A DNA stretch of 64,000 nucleotides, taken from Vairimorpha necatrix (Eukaryota). The notes beneath the pieces are model-generated. The model was not told where the DNA came from. It did no database searches and saw only the letters and a program-made list of their open reading frames with translations. Shown piece after piece: positions 62,168-64,000 of this stretch. The stretch's first letter is position 1, and every line of letters begins with the position of its first letter. The position numbers and the translations under genes were made by a program. The DNA lies in contig CP142731.1 in assembly GCA_036630325.1 (NCBI GenBank), positions 124,001 to 188,000 of the forward strand, given 5' to 3'.

Positions 62168-62301
62168 AACTTGGGTAAAATTAAATATTTTTAATAAATT
62201 TTTAGAAAATCAAAACATTTTATTTCTGTGTTTTAAAATATAAAACGCATTTGATTGGTTTTTATAAACAAATTTATTCTATATGTATGACGTATAAATA
62301 A

Positions 62302-62742
62302 TTATATATAATCTATTTTGTTCTTTTTTTCTTTTCGATTTATTCGTTTTTTTATTCTTTTATAGGCACATTCTACATCTTCATTTACAAATTCTTCTGT
62401 CGCTTCTTTAAGTTCGTCATGTTTTGATACTTCTATTTGTTTGTACACACTGCTAATATATTTTTCATAACAAGCTTGTTCACTTTTATTCATAATTTGA
62501 CCAATAAGCCCCCACTGGGGCTTGAGATGTCTAGAGATTTCTAATAATTTCTCTTGTTCTTCTTCTGTCCACGTATTATTTAAACTTAAAAAATTTTCAA
62601 ATCTTTCTTTGCACTCAAGGGGTGTTCTTTTCAGGAGAGAAGAGACTTTGTTCCACTTGTTTGGGCCGTATTTCATGACGCCCATTTTCAAGATTTCGTC
62701 TTCTGATTTCTTCCACAAGTTATTCTCTTTTTCTAGAGCCAT
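62302..62742 (-). CDS. CEF1: Cef1/Cdc5-like Myb (R1R2) splicing factor, reduced to 146 aa
   Basis: WKKSEDEILKMGVMKYGPNKWNKVSSLL and WTEEEQEKLLEISRHLKPQWGLIG…QACYEKY match the Cdc5/Cef1 Myb repeats. Confidence 0.85.
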   Translation of the reverse strand: MALEKENNLWKKSEDEILKMGVMKYGPNKWNKVSSLLKRTPLECKERFENFLSLNNTWTEEEQEKLLEISRHLKPQWGLIGQIMNKSEQACYEKYISSVYKQIEVSKHDELKEATEEFVNEDVECAYKRIKKRINRKEKKNKIDYI

Positions 62743-63039
62743 GACTTGGGGGATAAAGCAAATTAAGACTTATTAGAAATTGAACTAGGCTGATCAATTT
62801 TTAAAATGTATGTATTTTAAATTTAATATAAAATGTATAAATTTAGCCTTTATCTGATATAAACCAGCAGAAGATTAATTTTAAACACTTCTGTGCCAAT
62901 GGGACAAATTATAATAAAATAAAAGCACTCCATTTTATTTTTTTTTAATGTTATGCCCAATTGGCAATTTCAATCTTATAAAAATATTATTGAAGTTTAA
63001 ATTTCTACATTAAAAATTATTTATTAATTTCTGCTTAGT

Positions 63040-64000
63040 TTACATTTTATTGTGTTTTATATCATCTAAAACTTTCCTTATTAAATTTACAGATTCGACT
63101 ATGTCCTCGTAGATCAAAAAATCTTTTGATTTTATATTCTGAAGTCCAGTCAAGTGCTCAGAATTTATTAATATTCCTTGACAACTTTCTACAAATAAAT
63201 CTAAGGATTCTTTTATCTTTCCTGTCTCCTTAACACAAGATTCCTCATCATACTCAATTTTAGAAACTGTCTCTATAAAACTATTTACACTTCGTGTTAT
63301 AGAATCTTCATCATGAAAAATTTGTTTGTCAATAACAAACTTGACAATATTCAAAAACTCATTAAATATCATTTCTTTCTTAATATCTTCATTAATATTC
63401 ATATTCTCTAATCTCTTTATATTGTCTCTATAAATTATATATTTCTCTAAAGAAGCATACCTAGTCTTATCTAATTTATCAATAAACAACTTATAATTAA
63501 AAATACCCTCAAAGGTACTTGTAAGTTCTTCTTGTATATTATTATCAATATATTCTACCATGTGATCTACAATCTCGTCTTTAATATTATATTTCTGAAT
63601 TATATATTCTAAAAAAAAATTAATTTTTAGAGTTATATTAGTTTCATTCAAAATTTGTTGGTTTAGATTTTCTTTCATTTTCAGACATGTAATAATTTGA
63701 CTAATATTTTCTATTTCGTCTTCCATATTACTAGGATATCTAACATCATAAACTTCTAATAAATCAAAGACTAGATTTTTGAAAGTATCTTCTTTCATTT
63801 GTATCAATTTCTTCCTCATACTGTGTTTTCTTGGTTTTTTATATTCCATGTCTGTTCGTCTATGAATTTCATTAATAATGTCATTGACAAATTTTTCAAA
63901 ATCTCTAACTGACAAGGTACTTAGCTTGTCAAAAGTCTCTTTTTTCTTTTCTGGTGATGAAAAATTTGTATGGTCTCCTAAGTAACTTTTTAGAGTATAT
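63040..64000 (-). CDS. SPA2: Spa2/GIT homology domain protein (polarisome Spa2-like), 5'-partial
   Basis: Frame open to the window end (YTLKSYLGD…KETFDKLSTLSVRDFEKFVNDIINEIHRR…MRKKLIQMKEDTFKNLVFDLLEVYDVRYP), giving two SHD/GIT repeats. Confidence 0.75.
   Translation of the reverse strand, partial: YTLKSYLGDHTNFSSPEKKKETFDKLSTLSVRDFEKFVNDIINEIHRRTDMEYKKPRKHSMRKKLIQMKEDTFKNLVFDLLEVYDVRYPSNMEDEIENISQIITCLKMKENLNQQILNETNITLKINFFLEYIIQKYNIKDEIVDHMVEYIDNNIQEELTSTFEGIFNYKLFIDKLDKTRYASLEKYIIYRDNIKRLENMNINEDIKKEMIFNEFLNIVKFVIDKQIFHDEDSITRSVNSFIETVSKIEYDEESCVKETGKIKESLDLFVESCQGILINSEHLTGLQNIKSKDFLIYEDIVESVNLIRKVLDDIKHNKM

Noticed and set aside
8643-62776. Short antisense/overlapping ORFs inside real genes and small AT-rich intergenic ORFs (e.g. 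14509, 17743, 20317, 41329, 47021, 48022, 57198, 59492)
   Set aside because: Shadow frames or low-complexity F/I/L/K-rich products without CCC-ATG context.

Overview
Very AT-rich, intronless eukaryotic DNA with a CCC motif a few bases before nearly every real ATG, which is typical of microsporidia (probably Nosematidae, Vairimorpha/Nosema-like; inferred). The window has two compartments. About 1-56 kb is gene-sparse and holds signal-peptide-bearing lineage-specific genes (a four-member family with a shared CxW motif, and a signal-peptide HECT E3 ligase), pseudogenes and transposon debris. About 57-64 kb is a tightly packed minus-strand block: dsRBD protein, Mkt1/XPG-like, Rho GTPase, a GT-B glycosyltransferase-like orphan, Cef1/Cdc5 and Spa2-like. 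The centre (27.3-39.1 kb) is a nested mobile-element locus. A decayed Merlin/ISXO2 transposase is split by a head-to-tail array of seven ~520-bp non-autonomous Helitron-like units, and a Ty3/gypsy element has inserted into the first unit; a second, intact Ty3/gypsy lies about 0.7 kb away. Both Ty3/gypsy elements have ultra-short identical LTRs (49 bp and 70 bp), 5-bp TSDs, PBS and PPT. Each LTR contains the CCC promoter motif, the polyprotein start codon and an AATAAA signal, so about 97% of each element is coding.
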